In this document: positions 50,461 through 59,042 of the stretch, piece by piece
Numbering within the stretch: position 1 is the first letter of the stretch
Layout of the letters: every line of letters begins with the position of its first letter
Assembly (NCBI GenBank): GCA_963846495.1
Contig: CAWJWP010000016.1
Span: 213,879-277,878, forward strand
Source of the DNA: Thermoanaerobaculia bacterium
GTDB lineage: Bacteria; Acidobacteriota; Thermoanaerobaculia; Multivoradales; JAIOJS01
DNA: 64,000 bases
Direction: 5' to 3'
Position numbers and translations under genes: made by a program
Notes under the pieces: generated by a model
Database searches by the model: none
What the model saw: only the letters and a program-made list of their open reading frames with translations
What the model was told of the DNA's origin: nothing

Positions 50461-50609
50461 GGGCCGCGGCGCTCACGCCGCCGCACGTCGCCTCACACGC
50501 CAGCCTCGCCGCCGGCTTACAGATGAAGGTCGTGCGATCCGTAATCGCTCGCGTAAACAGCGAGTAAGGCGCTCCTTCCTATCGTGCGCCGCATCAGGAG
50601 GGAGAACCC

Positions 50610-51251
50610 ATGAACGAGACCATCGCACGTAAGTGGAGATTGGCGCTGACGGTGATCGCGATCGCCGCGGTCGCCATGGTGATGAAGGTCGGCCTGGCCG
50701 CCAACGCCACCGCGCCGCCGCCGTCGTCGTGGACGCCGAGCCTCAGCAAGCAGCAGCAGGTCGAGCGCGGCAAGTACCTGGTGACGATCGGCGGCTGCAA
50801 CGACTGCCACACGCCGTGGATCGTGCAGCCCGACGGCGTCCCCGGACCGGACGCGAGCCGCGCGCTCTCCGGCCACCCGCAGCAGTTCCCCATCACCGAG
50901 GCGGCCGAGATCGGCCCCGGCGGCTGGAGCTGGGCGAGCGTGCCCACCAACACCGCCTTCTCGGGCCCGTGGGGCGTCAGCTTCGCCGCCAACCTCACGC
51001 CCGACGTCAACACCGGCACCGGCACGTGGACGTTCGACATCTTCAAGAACGCCATCCGCAACGGCCGCCACTGGGGCCAGTCGCGGCCGCTGCTGCCGCC
51101 GATGCCCTGGTTCAACTACCGCGAGATGACCGACGAGGACCTCGCCGCGGTCTTCGCCTACACCCGCACCCTGAAGCCGGTGCGCAACCAAGTGCAGCTG
51201 CCGCTTCCCCCACCCGGCGCCGACGCCGGCAACGACGCGACCAACTTCTAG
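50610..51251 (+). CDS. c-type cytochrome (single CxxCH)
   Basis: RBS AGGAGGGAG. Signal/TM segment, then heme-binding motif CNDCH. Confidence 0.7.
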   Translation: MNETIARKWRLALTVIAIAAVAMVMKVGLAANATAPPPSSWTPSLSKQQQVERGKYLVTIGGCNDCHTPWIVQPDGVPGPDASRALSGHPQQFPITEAAEIGPGGWSWASVPTNTAFSGPWGVSFAANLTPDVNTGTGTWTFDIFKNAIRNGRHWGQSRPLLPPMPWFNYREMTDEDLAAVFAYTRTLKPVRNQVQLPLPPPGADAGNDATNF

Positions 51252-51285
51252 ACGACCGCCTTCTCAACCAACAGGAGCAAGAGCC

Positions 51286-52233
51286 ATGTCCACCAACGCC
51301 AGCCAGAAGATCCTCGTCATCGGCGCCACCGGCGCGCAGGGCGGCAGCGTCGCCCGCCACCTCCTCGACCGCGGCCGCTTCGCCGTCCGCGCCTTCACCC
51401 GCAAGCCCGACTCGCCCGCCGCGCAGGCGCTGCGCGCCCGCGGCGCCGAGGTGGTGCAGGGCGACCTCGACGACCGCGGCAGCATCCGCGCCGCGCTCGA
51501 GGGCGTGCAGGGCGTCTTCGGCGTCACCAACTTCTGGGAGCACTTCCAGCGCGAGGCCGACCAGGGACGCAACCTCGTCGACGCGGTGGCCGGCGCCGAC
51601 GTCGACCACTTCGTCTTCTCGACGTTGCCGCCGATCGCCAGGGAGACCGGCGGGGCGCTCAACAGCCCGCACTTCGACATCAAGGCCGAGCTCGAGGACC
51701 GCGCGCGCTCCCTCGGCATCCCGATGACGGCGGTGCACGTGCCGTTTTACTACGACAACTTCCTCTACTTCTTCCCGCCGCGGCCGACCGGTGACGGCAC
51801 GTTCCAGTTCGGCTTCCCGCAGGGCGACACTCCCCTCGCCGCCATGGCGGCCGAGGACGTCGGCCTCGTCGTGGCGCCGATCTTCGAGCAGCCGGAGCGG
51901 TGGATCGGCCAGGTCGTCAAGCCCGCCGGCGACGAGATCCCGGCGGCCGAGTACGCGGCGGCGATGAGCCGCGCGGTGGGCGCCGAGGTCCGCTACGCGC
52001 ACGTGCCGCGCGAGACCTTCGCGGCACTCGGCTTTCCCGGCGCCGCCGACCTGGCGGACATGTTCGAGTACTACCGGCTGCACATCCCCAGCCGCCAGGA
52101 CGACATCGCGCGCCGGCGCGCCGAAGCGCCCGAGCTGCAGAGCTTCGAGACCTGGATGGCACGCCACGCCGAGCAGTTGCGCGCGACCTTGGGTCTCGCG
52201 GTCTCGCCGGTCGCCGTCTCGACGGCGGCCTGA
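51286..52233 (+). CDS. NmrA-like family NAD(P)-binding protein
   Basis: Rossmann motif ILVIGATGAQGGSV and overall NmrA/HSCARG-like sequence. Confidence 0.75.
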   Translation: MSTNASQKILVIGATGAQGGSVARHLLDRGRFAVRAFTRKPDSPAAQALRARGAEVVQGDLDDRGSIRAALEGVQGVFGVTNFWEHFQREADQGRNLVDAVAGADVDHFVFSTLPPIARETGGALNSPHFDIKAELEDRARSLGIPMTAVHVPFYYDNFLYFFPPRPTGDGTFQFGFPQGDTPLAAMAAEDVGLVVAPIFEQPERWIGQVVKPAGDEIPAAEYAAAMSRAVGAEVRYAHVPRETFAALGFPGAADLADMFEYYRLHIPSRQDDIARRRAEAPELQSFETWMARHAEQLRATLGLAVSPVAVSTAA

Positions 52234-52307
52234 CGTCCTCTTTCTCCAGCGCCGGCGTCCCGCTGCCCTGCGATCGGGACGCCGGCCTCTTCTCTCGCGG
52301 CCGTAAG

Positions 52308-53294
52308 ATGCGCAGCGTGAGCAGCGGCGCACCGTTCCGCATCGCCGCCGTGCAGACCGCGCCGGTGTTCCTCCGCCGCGAGGCGACGGTGGAGAAGGCG
52401 TGCGAGCGCATCCTCGCCGCCGCGCGCGAGGGCGCCCGTCTCGTGGTGCTGCCCGAGGCGTTCGTGCCCACCTACCCGTTCTGGGTGTGGCACCTACCGG
52501 CGGGCGAGACGCGCACGCTGCGCGCGCTCTACGCCGAGCTGCTCGACCAGGCGGTGACGATCCCCGGCCCCGCCGTCGACCGTCTGAGCGAGGCGGCGCG
52601 CGCGGCGGGTGCGGCGGTCGCCATCGGCGTCAACGAGCGCAACGTCGAGGCCTCGGGCACGAGCCTCTACAACACGCTGCTCCTCTTCGACGCCGAGGGG
52701 CGGTTGCGGGCGCGGCACCGCAAGCTCGTGCCCACCGCCGGCGAGCGGCTGGTGCACGCGCCCGGCGACGGCAGCACCCTCGCCGTGCACGACCTCGGCT
52801 TCGCGCGCGTGTCGGGCCTCGTCTGCTGGGAGAACTACATGCCGCTGGCGCGCTACGCGCTCTACGCCTGGGGCGCCGAGGTGCACGTGGCGCCGACGTG
52901 GGACCGCGGCGAGCCGTGGCTGTCGACGCTGCGGCACATCGCGAAGGAGGGGCGGGTCTACGTCGTCGGCAGCTGTTGCGCGGTGCGCCGCGCCGACGTG
53001 CCCGACGAGCAGCCGTGGAAGGAGCGCCTGCCCGCGGGTGAGTGGCTCAACCCCGGCGACAGCGCCATCGTCGATCCCGACGGCAAGCTCGTCGCAGGAC
53101 CGGCGCACGAGGTCGACACCATCCTCTACGCCGACGTCGACCCGCGTGCGATCACCGGGCCGCGATTCCAGCTCGACGTCGCCGGCCACTACGCGCGGCC
53201 CGACGTCTTCGAGCTGCGCGTGCGCCGGCGCGCGCGGCCGCTCGTCGAGGTGACGGTCGACGACGACGAAGCGGCGGCGCCGCTCGTCGATTGA
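52308..53294 (+). CDS. Nitrilase/cyanide hydratase family carbon-nitrogen hydrolase
   Basis: Glu-Lys-Cys triad contexts (VVLPEAF…RKLVPT…GLVCWENYMP). The start is taken at ATG 52308; the annotated ORF begins further upstream at 51900. Confidence 0.8.
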   Translation: MRSVSSGAPFRIAAVQTAPVFLRREATVEKACERILAAAREGARLVVLPEAFVPTYPFWVWHLPAGETRTLRALYAELLDQAVTIPGPAVDRLSEAARAAGAAVAIGVNERNVEASGTSLYNTLLLFDAEGRLRARHRKLVPTAGERLVHAPGDGSTLAVHDLGFARVSGLVCWENYMPLARYALYAWGAEVHVAPTWDRGEPWLSTLRHIAKEGRVYVVGSCCAVRRADVPDEQPWKERLPAGEWLNPGDSAIVDPDGKLVAGPAHEVDTILYADVDPRAITGPRFQLDVAGHYARPDVFELRVRRRARPLVEVTVDDDEAAAPLVD

Positions 53295-53313
53295 GCACCC
53301 GAGGCGCGCCGCG

Positions 53314-53390
53314 ATCGAGATCGCTTCGTCGCTACGCTCCTCGCGATGACGGTTGATACGTCATCGCGAGCGCAGCGAAGCGATCTCGAT
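53314..53390. repeat. Inverted pair of the 36-bp core repeat forming a ~31-37-bp-arm palindrome between convergent genes
   Basis: ATCGAGATCGCTTCGTCGCTACGCTCCTCGCGATGAC-ggttgatac-GTCATCGCGAGCGCAGCGAAGCGATCTCGAT. The right arm encodes the last residues of DoxX. It is related to the cores at 32567, 33167 and 58874. Confidence 0.8.
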
Positions 53391-53798
53391 GCCTGAGCCC
53401 GCTACGGCGCCGTACGGCGTCCGCGGAAGTCCGCGGTCGAGGCTGTACGGCCCCGTCCCGCGCGCCGCGATGTAGAGGAAGAGGAAGCAGTAGAGCACCG
53501 CGTTCTCGCCATGGTTGGCGACCGGGTTCCACCCCTCCGGCGCGTGAGCCTTGAAGTACGCCACCGCCATCTCGCCGCTGGCGATGAAGGCGGCGAAGTC
53601 GCCGAAGAAGCCGAGGGCGATCATCACCCCGCCGACGACCTCGATGATGGCGGCCGCCAGCATCAGCGTCGAGCCGGTCTTGGCCGGGCCGCCCAACAGG
53701 CCGAACTTGTCCGCTCCGTGCAACGCGAACACCAGCCCCGCCACCACGCGCAATACGAGGAAGATCGGCTCCGAGTACCGGTTCAACACGCGCATCAC
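53361..53798 (-). CDS. DoxX family membrane protein
   Basis: RBS GGGGGG. Four-TM DoxX-like sequence (…LRVVAGLVFALHGADKF…). Confidence 0.75.
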   Translation of the reverse strand: MMRVLNRYSEPIFLVLRVVAGLVFALHGADKFGLLGGPAKTGSTLMLAAAIIEVVGGVMIALGFFGDFAAFIASGEMAVAYFKAHAPEGWNPVANHGENAVLYCFLFLYIAARGTGPYSLDRGLPRTPYGAVAGSGIEIASLRSR

Positions 53799-53892
53799 AC
53801 CCCCCTTTCGCGGTTCGGTCGAGCCAGTCTAAGCACGAATCGAGCCCGGCGGGGCGGCGAGCGGGCCGGCTGATACATTGCCCCGGCCGCAC

Positions 53893-56757
53893 ATGGAACC
53901 CGAGCCCGCTCCCGGCGTCGGCGAGGCGACGAGTCCCGAGGCCACCCTGCTGGCCACCGTCGAGACGCTGCTCGCCGAGGTGCATCCGCGGCAGCGGCCG
54001 CCGCGCGTGGCGCTCGACAGCGCGCTCGAGAAGGACCTCGGCCTCGACAGCCTCGCCCGCGCCGAGCTGCTGCTGCGGCTGGAGACCGCTTTCGACGTGG
54101 CGCTGCCGGAGCGCGTGCTCGCCGAGGCGGAGACGCCGCGCGATCTGCTCGACGCGGTCGCGCGTGCGGCGCCGCGCGGCCAAGCGACGGCGGGGATGGC
54201 GGCGACGCGACCGGAGCTCGTAGACGTCGGCGGCGGCCGCGCCGTTACAGCGGCAGCCGAGTCGGCACCCGAGAGCGCACCGACCCTGCCCGCGGTCCTC
54301 GCCTGGCACGCGGAGCGTCACGCCGAGCGGCGCCACCTGCTCTTCCTCGAAGGGCAGCAAGGCACGACGCTGTCGTACGGCGAGCTGCAGCAGCGCGCCA
54401 CCACCGTTGCCGCCGCGCTTCTCGCCCGCGGGCTGGAGTCGCAGCAGACCGTGGCGCTCATGCTGCCCTCGGGCGTCGAGTACTTCGCCTCCTTCCTCGG
54501 CATCCTGCTCGCCGGCGGCGTGCCGGTGCCGCTCTACCCGCCGGCGAAGAAGAGCCAGCTCGAGGACCACCTGCGCCGCCAGGCCGGCATCCTGAAGAAC
54601 GCGCAGGTGCGGGTGCTGATCGCGGCGCCCGAGGTGCGCGCGCTGGCGCGCCTGCTCGCGCCGCTGGCGCCCGACCTGCGTTTCGTCACTACGCCCGGTG
54701 ACCTCGCCGCCGAAGGCGCGACGTTGCGTGCCGCGCTGCCGCGGGTGGCGGCGAGCGACGTGGCGTTCATCCAATACACCTCGGGCAGCACCGGCGATCC
54801 CAAGGGAGTCGTGCTCACGCACGCGAACCTGCTCGCCAACTTGCGCTCGGTGGGCAAGGTGATGCCGATCGGCGGCGACGACGTCGTCGTCTCCTGGCTG
54901 CCGCTCTACCACGACATGGGCTTGATCGGCGCCTGGATGGGCAGCCTCTACTTCGGCGTGCCGCTGGTGCTGATGTCGCCGCTCGCGTTCCTGGTGCGGC
55001 CCGCCGCCTGGCTGCGCGCCGTCTCCGAGCACCGCGGCACCATCTCGGCGGCGCCCAACTTCGCCTACGCGCTGTGTGCGCGCAAGGTCGCCGACGACGA
55101 CCTCGCCGGCCTCGACCTGTCGTCGTGGCGGGTGGCGATGAACGGCGCCGAGCCGGTGTCGCCCGAGGTCGTCGAGGCCTTCATCACCCGTTTCGAGCCG
55201 TACGGCTTCCGGCGCGAGTCGATGAAGCCGGTGTACGGCCTGGCGGAGAACTCGCTGGCGCTCGCCTTCACGCCGCCGGGCCGCGGCCCGAGCGTCGACG
55301 TCGTGCGCCGCCAGCGCCTGCAGCGCGACGGCCGCGCGCAGCCGGCGTCGCCTGACGAGCCGCAGCCGCTGCGCTTCGTCTCCGCCGGCCATCCCATCGC
55401 CGACCACGACCTGCGCATCGTCGACGATCACGACCGCGAGCTGCCCGAGCGGCACCAAGGCCGCGTGCAGTTCCGCGGCCCCTCGGCGACGAGCGGCTAC
55501 TTCCGCAATCCCGAGGCGACGGCGCGGCTGCTGCGGCCGGCCACCGATGGCCAAGGCGACTGGCTCGAGTCGGGCGACCTCGGCTACTTCGCCGACGGCG
55601 AGCTGTTCGTCACCGGCCGCAGCAAGGACATGATCATCCGCGCCGGCCGCAACCTCCACCCGCAGGAGCTCGAGGAGGCGGTGGGCGCGCTGCCCGGCGT
55701 GCGCAAGGGGTGCGTTGCCGTCTTCGCCACGACCGTCGCGGCGGAGGGCACCGAGCGACTGGTGGTGATGGCCGAGGCACGGCCGGAAGGTGAGACTGCG
55801 GCGACGGAGCTGCGGCAGAAGATCGGCGAGCTCGCCATCGAGCTCGTCGGCAGCGCGCCCGACGAAGTAGCGCTGGTGCGGCCGGGCACGGTGCCCAAGA
55901 CCTCGAGCGGCAAGATCCGCCGCAACGCCGCGCGCCAGCTCTTCGAGGAAGGCCGCCTCGACGCCGGCCGCGCCGCGCTCTGGTGGCAGCTCGTGCGGCT
56001 CGGGATGGCGGGCGCGGTGCCGCGCTTGGGGCGCGCGCTGCGGCGCAGCGGCGAGATCGCCTGGGGCCTGTGGGCGTGGACGCTCTTCGTGCTGCTGGCC
56101 CCGCCGTCGTGGCTCGCCGTCGTGCTGCTCCCCGGCGTGCAGCTGCGGCGGAGCATCGCGCGCGCGGCCGCGAGCTTGCTCGTGCGCGGCAGCGGCTGCC
56201 CAGTCGTCGTGCACGGCCTCGAACGGCTGCCCGCCACACCGTGCGTGCTCGTCTGCAACCACCAGAGCTACGTCGACGCCTTCCTCCTCACCGCGCTCCT
56301 GCCGCCGCGCTTCGCCTACGTCGTCAAGTCCGAGTTGCGCAACAACCCCTTCACGCGCCTGCCGCTCGCCCGCCTGCGCGCCCTCTTCGTCGAGCGCTTC
56401 GACGCCGAAAAAGGCATCGACGACGCCCGCCGCGGCACCGACAGCGTCGCCGCCGGCGACTCCCTCGTCGTCTTCGCCGAAGGCACCTTCCGCCGCGCCG
56501 CCGGCCTGCTGCCCTTCCGCCTCGGCGCCTTCGCCATGGCCGCACGCGCCGGGCTGCCCGTCGTGCCGATGGCGCTGCGCGGCAGCCGCTCGCTGCTACG
56601 CGACAAACAGTGGCTGCCGCACAGGAGCGCAGTCACGCTCACCATCAGCGAGCCCCTGACACCAAGCGGCACCGCCTTCGCCGACGCCGTCGCGCTACGC
56701 GACGACGCGCGAGCGTGGATGCTCGCCCACGTCGCAGAGCGCGACCTCGCGCACTGA
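53893..56757 (+). CDS. Tri-domain lipid-metabolism enzyme: acyl-carrier-protein-like domain, fatty-acyl-AMP ligase/acyl-CoA synthetase, and PlsC-type acyltransferase
   Basis: Phosphopantetheine-site-like DLGLDSLARAEL, AMP-binding motif YTSGSTGDPKGV, and acyltransferase HxxxxD motif (NHQSYVDAF). The start is ambiguous (TTG 53878 or ATG 53893). Confidence 0.75.
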   Translation: MEPEPAPGVGEATSPEATLLATVETLLAEVHPRQRPPRVALDSALEKDLGLDSLARAELLLRLETAFDVALPERVLAEAETPRDLLDAVARAAPRGQATAGMAATRPELVDVGGGRAVTAAAESAPESAPTLPAVLAWHAERHAERRHLLFLEGQQGTTLSYGELQQRATTVAAALLARGLESQQTVALMLPSGVEYFASFLGILLAGGVPVPLYPPAKKSQLEDHLRRQAGILKNAQVRVLIAAPEVRALARLLAPLAPDLRFVTTPGDLAAEGATLRAALPRVAASDVAFIQYTSGSTGDPKGVVLTHANLLANLRSVGKVMPIGGDDVVVSWLPLYHDMGLIGAWMGSLYFGVPLVLMSPLAFLVRPAAWLRAVSEHRGTISAAPNFAYALCARKVADDDLAGLDLSSWRVAMNGAEPVSPEVVEAFITRFEPYGFRRESMKPVYGLAENSLALAFTPPGRGPSVDVVRRQRLQRDGRAQPASPDEPQPLRFVSAGHPIADHDLRIVDDHDRELPERHQGRVQFRGPSATSGYFRNPEATARLLRPATDGQGDWLESGDLGYFADGELFVTGRSKDMIIRAGRNLHPQELEEAVGALPGVRKGCVAVFATTVAAEGTERLVVMAEARPEGETAATELRQKIGELAIELVGSAPDEVALVRPGTVPKTSSGKIRRNAARQLFEEGRLDAGRAALWWQLVRLGMAGAVPRLGRALRRSGEIAWGLWAWTLFVLLAPPSWLAVVLLPGVQLRRSIARAAASLLVRGSGCPVVVHGLERLPATPCVLVCNHQSYVDAFLLTALLPPRFAYVVKSELRNNPFTRLPLARLRALFVERFDAEKGIDDARRGTDSVAAGDSLVVFAEGTFRRAAGLLPFRLGAFAMAARAGLPVVPMALRGSRSLLRDKQWLPHRSAVTLTISEPLTPSGTAFADAVALRDDARAWMLAHVAERDLAH

Positions 56758-56811
56758 CGCGGGCGCCCGACGCGCGGCGCGTCGGCAGCGATCTTGCTGG
56801 CCTTGCGGCGC

Positions 56812-57030
56812 ATGGCGCGCTCTGCCGCACTCGCGACTTCTCTTCCCTGGTGGGCCACCGCCGGCGGTGAGTCGTGCCCGGTGTGCCTGCAGCGCTATCA
56901 CTACGAGCTCGAGTATCGCTGCGTCGATTGCGATCAGCCGCTTTGCCCGCACTGCGCGGTGCGCGTTTCGATCGAGGTCGTCGAGCTGCACTGTCCCGAC
57001 TGCGGCGCGTTGCCGCGCGAGGAGAGTTAG
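56812..57030 (+). CDS. Small double zinc-ribbon protein (4 x CxxC), translationally coupled to ku
   Basis: CPVC…CVDC…CPHC…CPDC within 73 aa. The stop TAG is 2 nt before the ku ATG, and a strong RBS for ku (GAGGAGAG) lies within its 3' end. Confidence 0.55.
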   Translation: MARSAALATSLPWWATAGGESCPVCLQRYHYELEYRCVDCDQPLCPHCAVRVSIEVVELHCPDCGALPREES

Positions 57031-57032
57031 CG

Positions 57033-57833
57033 ATGGCGGCGCGCGCGATGTGGAAGGGCGAGCTGGTGATCGGCAAGCAGCGGCTGCCGGTCAAGCTCTA
57101 CGCGGGGGTGCAGGAGAAGAAGGTGCGCTTCAACCTCCTCCACGACAAGGACGAGGCGCGCGTCGAGCAGCGGCTGATCGATCCCGAGACCGACGAGGCG
57201 GTGGCGAGCGCGGAGCTGCGCAAGGGCTACGAGGTCGAGCCCGGCACCTTCGTCGTGCTCGAGGACGAGGAGCTCGCCGAGCTCGAGCCCGAGGCGTCGC
57301 GCGACGTCGAGGTGACGCGCTTCGTGCCGGTGGGCGCCATCCATCACCAGTGGTACGAACGGCCGTACTGGCTCGGCCCCGACGGCGACGCCGACGGCTA
57401 CTTCGCGCTCGCCGCCGCGCTCGAAGCGAGCGAGCGCGAAGGCGTGGCCCGATGGGTGATGCGCAAGCGCCCTTACGTCGGCGCGCTGCGCCGCGAGGGC
57501 GACTACCTGATGCTGGTCGCCCTGCGCCACGCCGAAGAAGTCGTGCTGCCGACGGAGCTTCACGCTCCCGCGGGCCGCGCGCTCGACGCCAAGGAGAAGA
57601 AGCTCGCCGAGCAGCTCGTCGAGGCGCTCGCCGACCACTTCGACCCCGCCGCGTACCACGACACCTACCGCGAGCGCGTGCAGGAGCTCATCGAGGCGAA
57701 GGCGAAGGGGCGCAAGCTCAAGCTGGTGAAGCCGAAGGCGAAGAAGGCGCCGGAGAGCCTCGAGCGCGCGCTGCTGGCGAGCCTCGAGCGCAACTCGAAG
57801 GCGCCGGCGAAGAAGCAACGGAAGGCGAGCTGA
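57033..57833 (+). CDS. ku: Ku protein (NHEJ DNA-end-binding), paralog 1
   Basis: Ku core N-terminus MWKGELVIGKQRLPVKLYAG… and the typical basic C-terminal tail. Confidence 0.8.
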   Translation: MAARAMWKGELVIGKQRLPVKLYAGVQEKKVRFNLLHDKDEARVEQRLIDPETDEAVASAELRKGYEVEPGTFVVLEDEELAELEPEASRDVEVTRFVPVGAIHHQWYERPYWLGPDGDADGYFALAAALEASEREGVARWVMRKRPYVGALRREGDYLMLVALRHAEEVVLPTELHAPAGRALDAKEKKLAEQLVEALADHFDPAAYHDTYRERVQELIEAKAKGRKLKLVKPKAKKAPESLERALLASLERNSKAPAKKQRKAS

Positions 57834-57836
57834 GCC

Positions 57837-58835
57837 ATGGCCAACGGATCGCGCGGCCGTCATCGCCGCAAGCCTGCAGACGAAAATGGCAACGGAGCCG
57901 CGCGCCCGCGCTCCTTCTGGTCGGGCACCATCAGCTTCGGCCTGGTGAGCATCCCCGTCGACCTCTACCCCGCCAACCGCTCGGGCCGTCCCGGCCTGCG
58001 CCTGCTGGCGCCCAGCGGCCTGCCGGTGCAGCGGCGCTACGCCTCCTCGCGCGAGGACACGATCGTGCCGTCCGAGCGCCTCGTGCGCGGCTACGAGGTC
58101 AGGAAGGACGAGTACGTCGTCGTCACCGACGAGGAGCTGGCGGCGCTGGCGCCGGAGAAGAGCCGCGACATCGACCTGCAGCGCTTCGTGCCGGTCGAGG
58201 AGGTCGACCCGGTGCTCTTCCAGCGCGCCTACTTCCTCGCTCCCGGCGGCGAGTCGGCGAAGGCCTACCGCCTGCTCGCCGACGTCATGGAGAGCACCGG
58301 CCGCGCCGGCATCGCCACCTTCGTGATGCGCGACAAGGAGTACTTCGTCGCCATCCTCGCCGAGGGCGGCATCCTGCGCGCCGAGACCCTGCGCTTCGCC
58401 GACGAGGTGCGCTCCGCCGAGGACGTCGGCCTTCCCGCGCCGAAGAAGCCGAAGGCGGCGGCCGTGACGTCGCTGAAGCGCGCCATTGCGGCGCGCGCCA
58501 AGAAGGAGCTCGACCCCGACGAGCTCGCCGATCCGTGGAGCGCCAACCTCGAGAAGCTCGCGGAGAAGAAGCGCCGCCAGGGCGAGGACGTCGTCGAGGT
58601 GCCGGAGGAGGCCGAAGAGGAGCAGGCCGAGGTCATCGACCTGATGGAAGTGCTCAAGCGCAGCCTCGGCGCCAAGGCTACTAGCGGCGCGGGCCGGAGC
58701 GCGACGCGCGGCGCCACGAGCCGGCGGGCGCCGGCGAAGAAGGCGGCGCCGCGCTCGCGCAGCCGCCGCGGCTCGACGACCGCGAGCAAGGCGCGCGGCA
58801 AGCAGCGCAAGACGAAGAGCGGGCGCGGCGCGTAA
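57837..58835 (+). CDS. ku: Ku protein (NHEJ DNA-end-binding), paralog 2 with long Lys/Arg/Ala-rich tail
   Basis: FWSGTISFGLVSIPVDLYPA… matches the canonical Ku beta-barrel start. It begins 4 nt after paralog 1. Confidence 0.85.
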   Translation: MANGSRGRHRRKPADENGNGAARPRSFWSGTISFGLVSIPVDLYPANRSGRPGLRLLAPSGLPVQRRYASSREDTIVPSERLVRGYEVRKDEYVVVTDEELAALAPEKSRDIDLQRFVPVEEVDPVLFQRAYFLAPGGESAKAYRLLADVMESTGRAGIATFVMRDKEYFVAILAEGGILRAETLRFADEVRSAEDVGLPAPKKPKAAAVTSLKRAIAARAKKELDPDELADPWSANLEKLAEKKRRQGEDVVEVPEEAEEEQAEVIDLMEVLKRSLGAKATSGAGRSATRGATSRRAPAKKAAPRSRSRRGSTTASKARGKQRKTKSGRGA

Positions 58836-58873
58836 GCGTCGTCACTCGCTTCATCGCTGCTGCTCACGCAAGC

Positions 58874-58910
58874 GTCATTGCGAGGAGCGAAGCGACGAAG
58901 CAATCTCGAT
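58874..58910. repeat. Core repeat copy GTCATTGCGAGGAGCGAAGCGACGAAGCAATCTCGAT with a degenerate inverted partner to ~58960
   Basis: 32/36 identical to the cores at 32567 and 33167. It lies between convergent ku2 and the 59043..60149 gene. Confidence 0.75.
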
Positions 58911-59042
58911 CATCGAGTTACCGCGGGCGTTCGCTCTCGCGGAGAGTCCGCTTCACCGCGACGGTGCTCGCCGTTGGCTCGCCCCTCTGGTTCGCCACGC
59001 CGCTTCGCGGCGTCTCGATGCCGAGGCACTTGGGCTCAGCTC

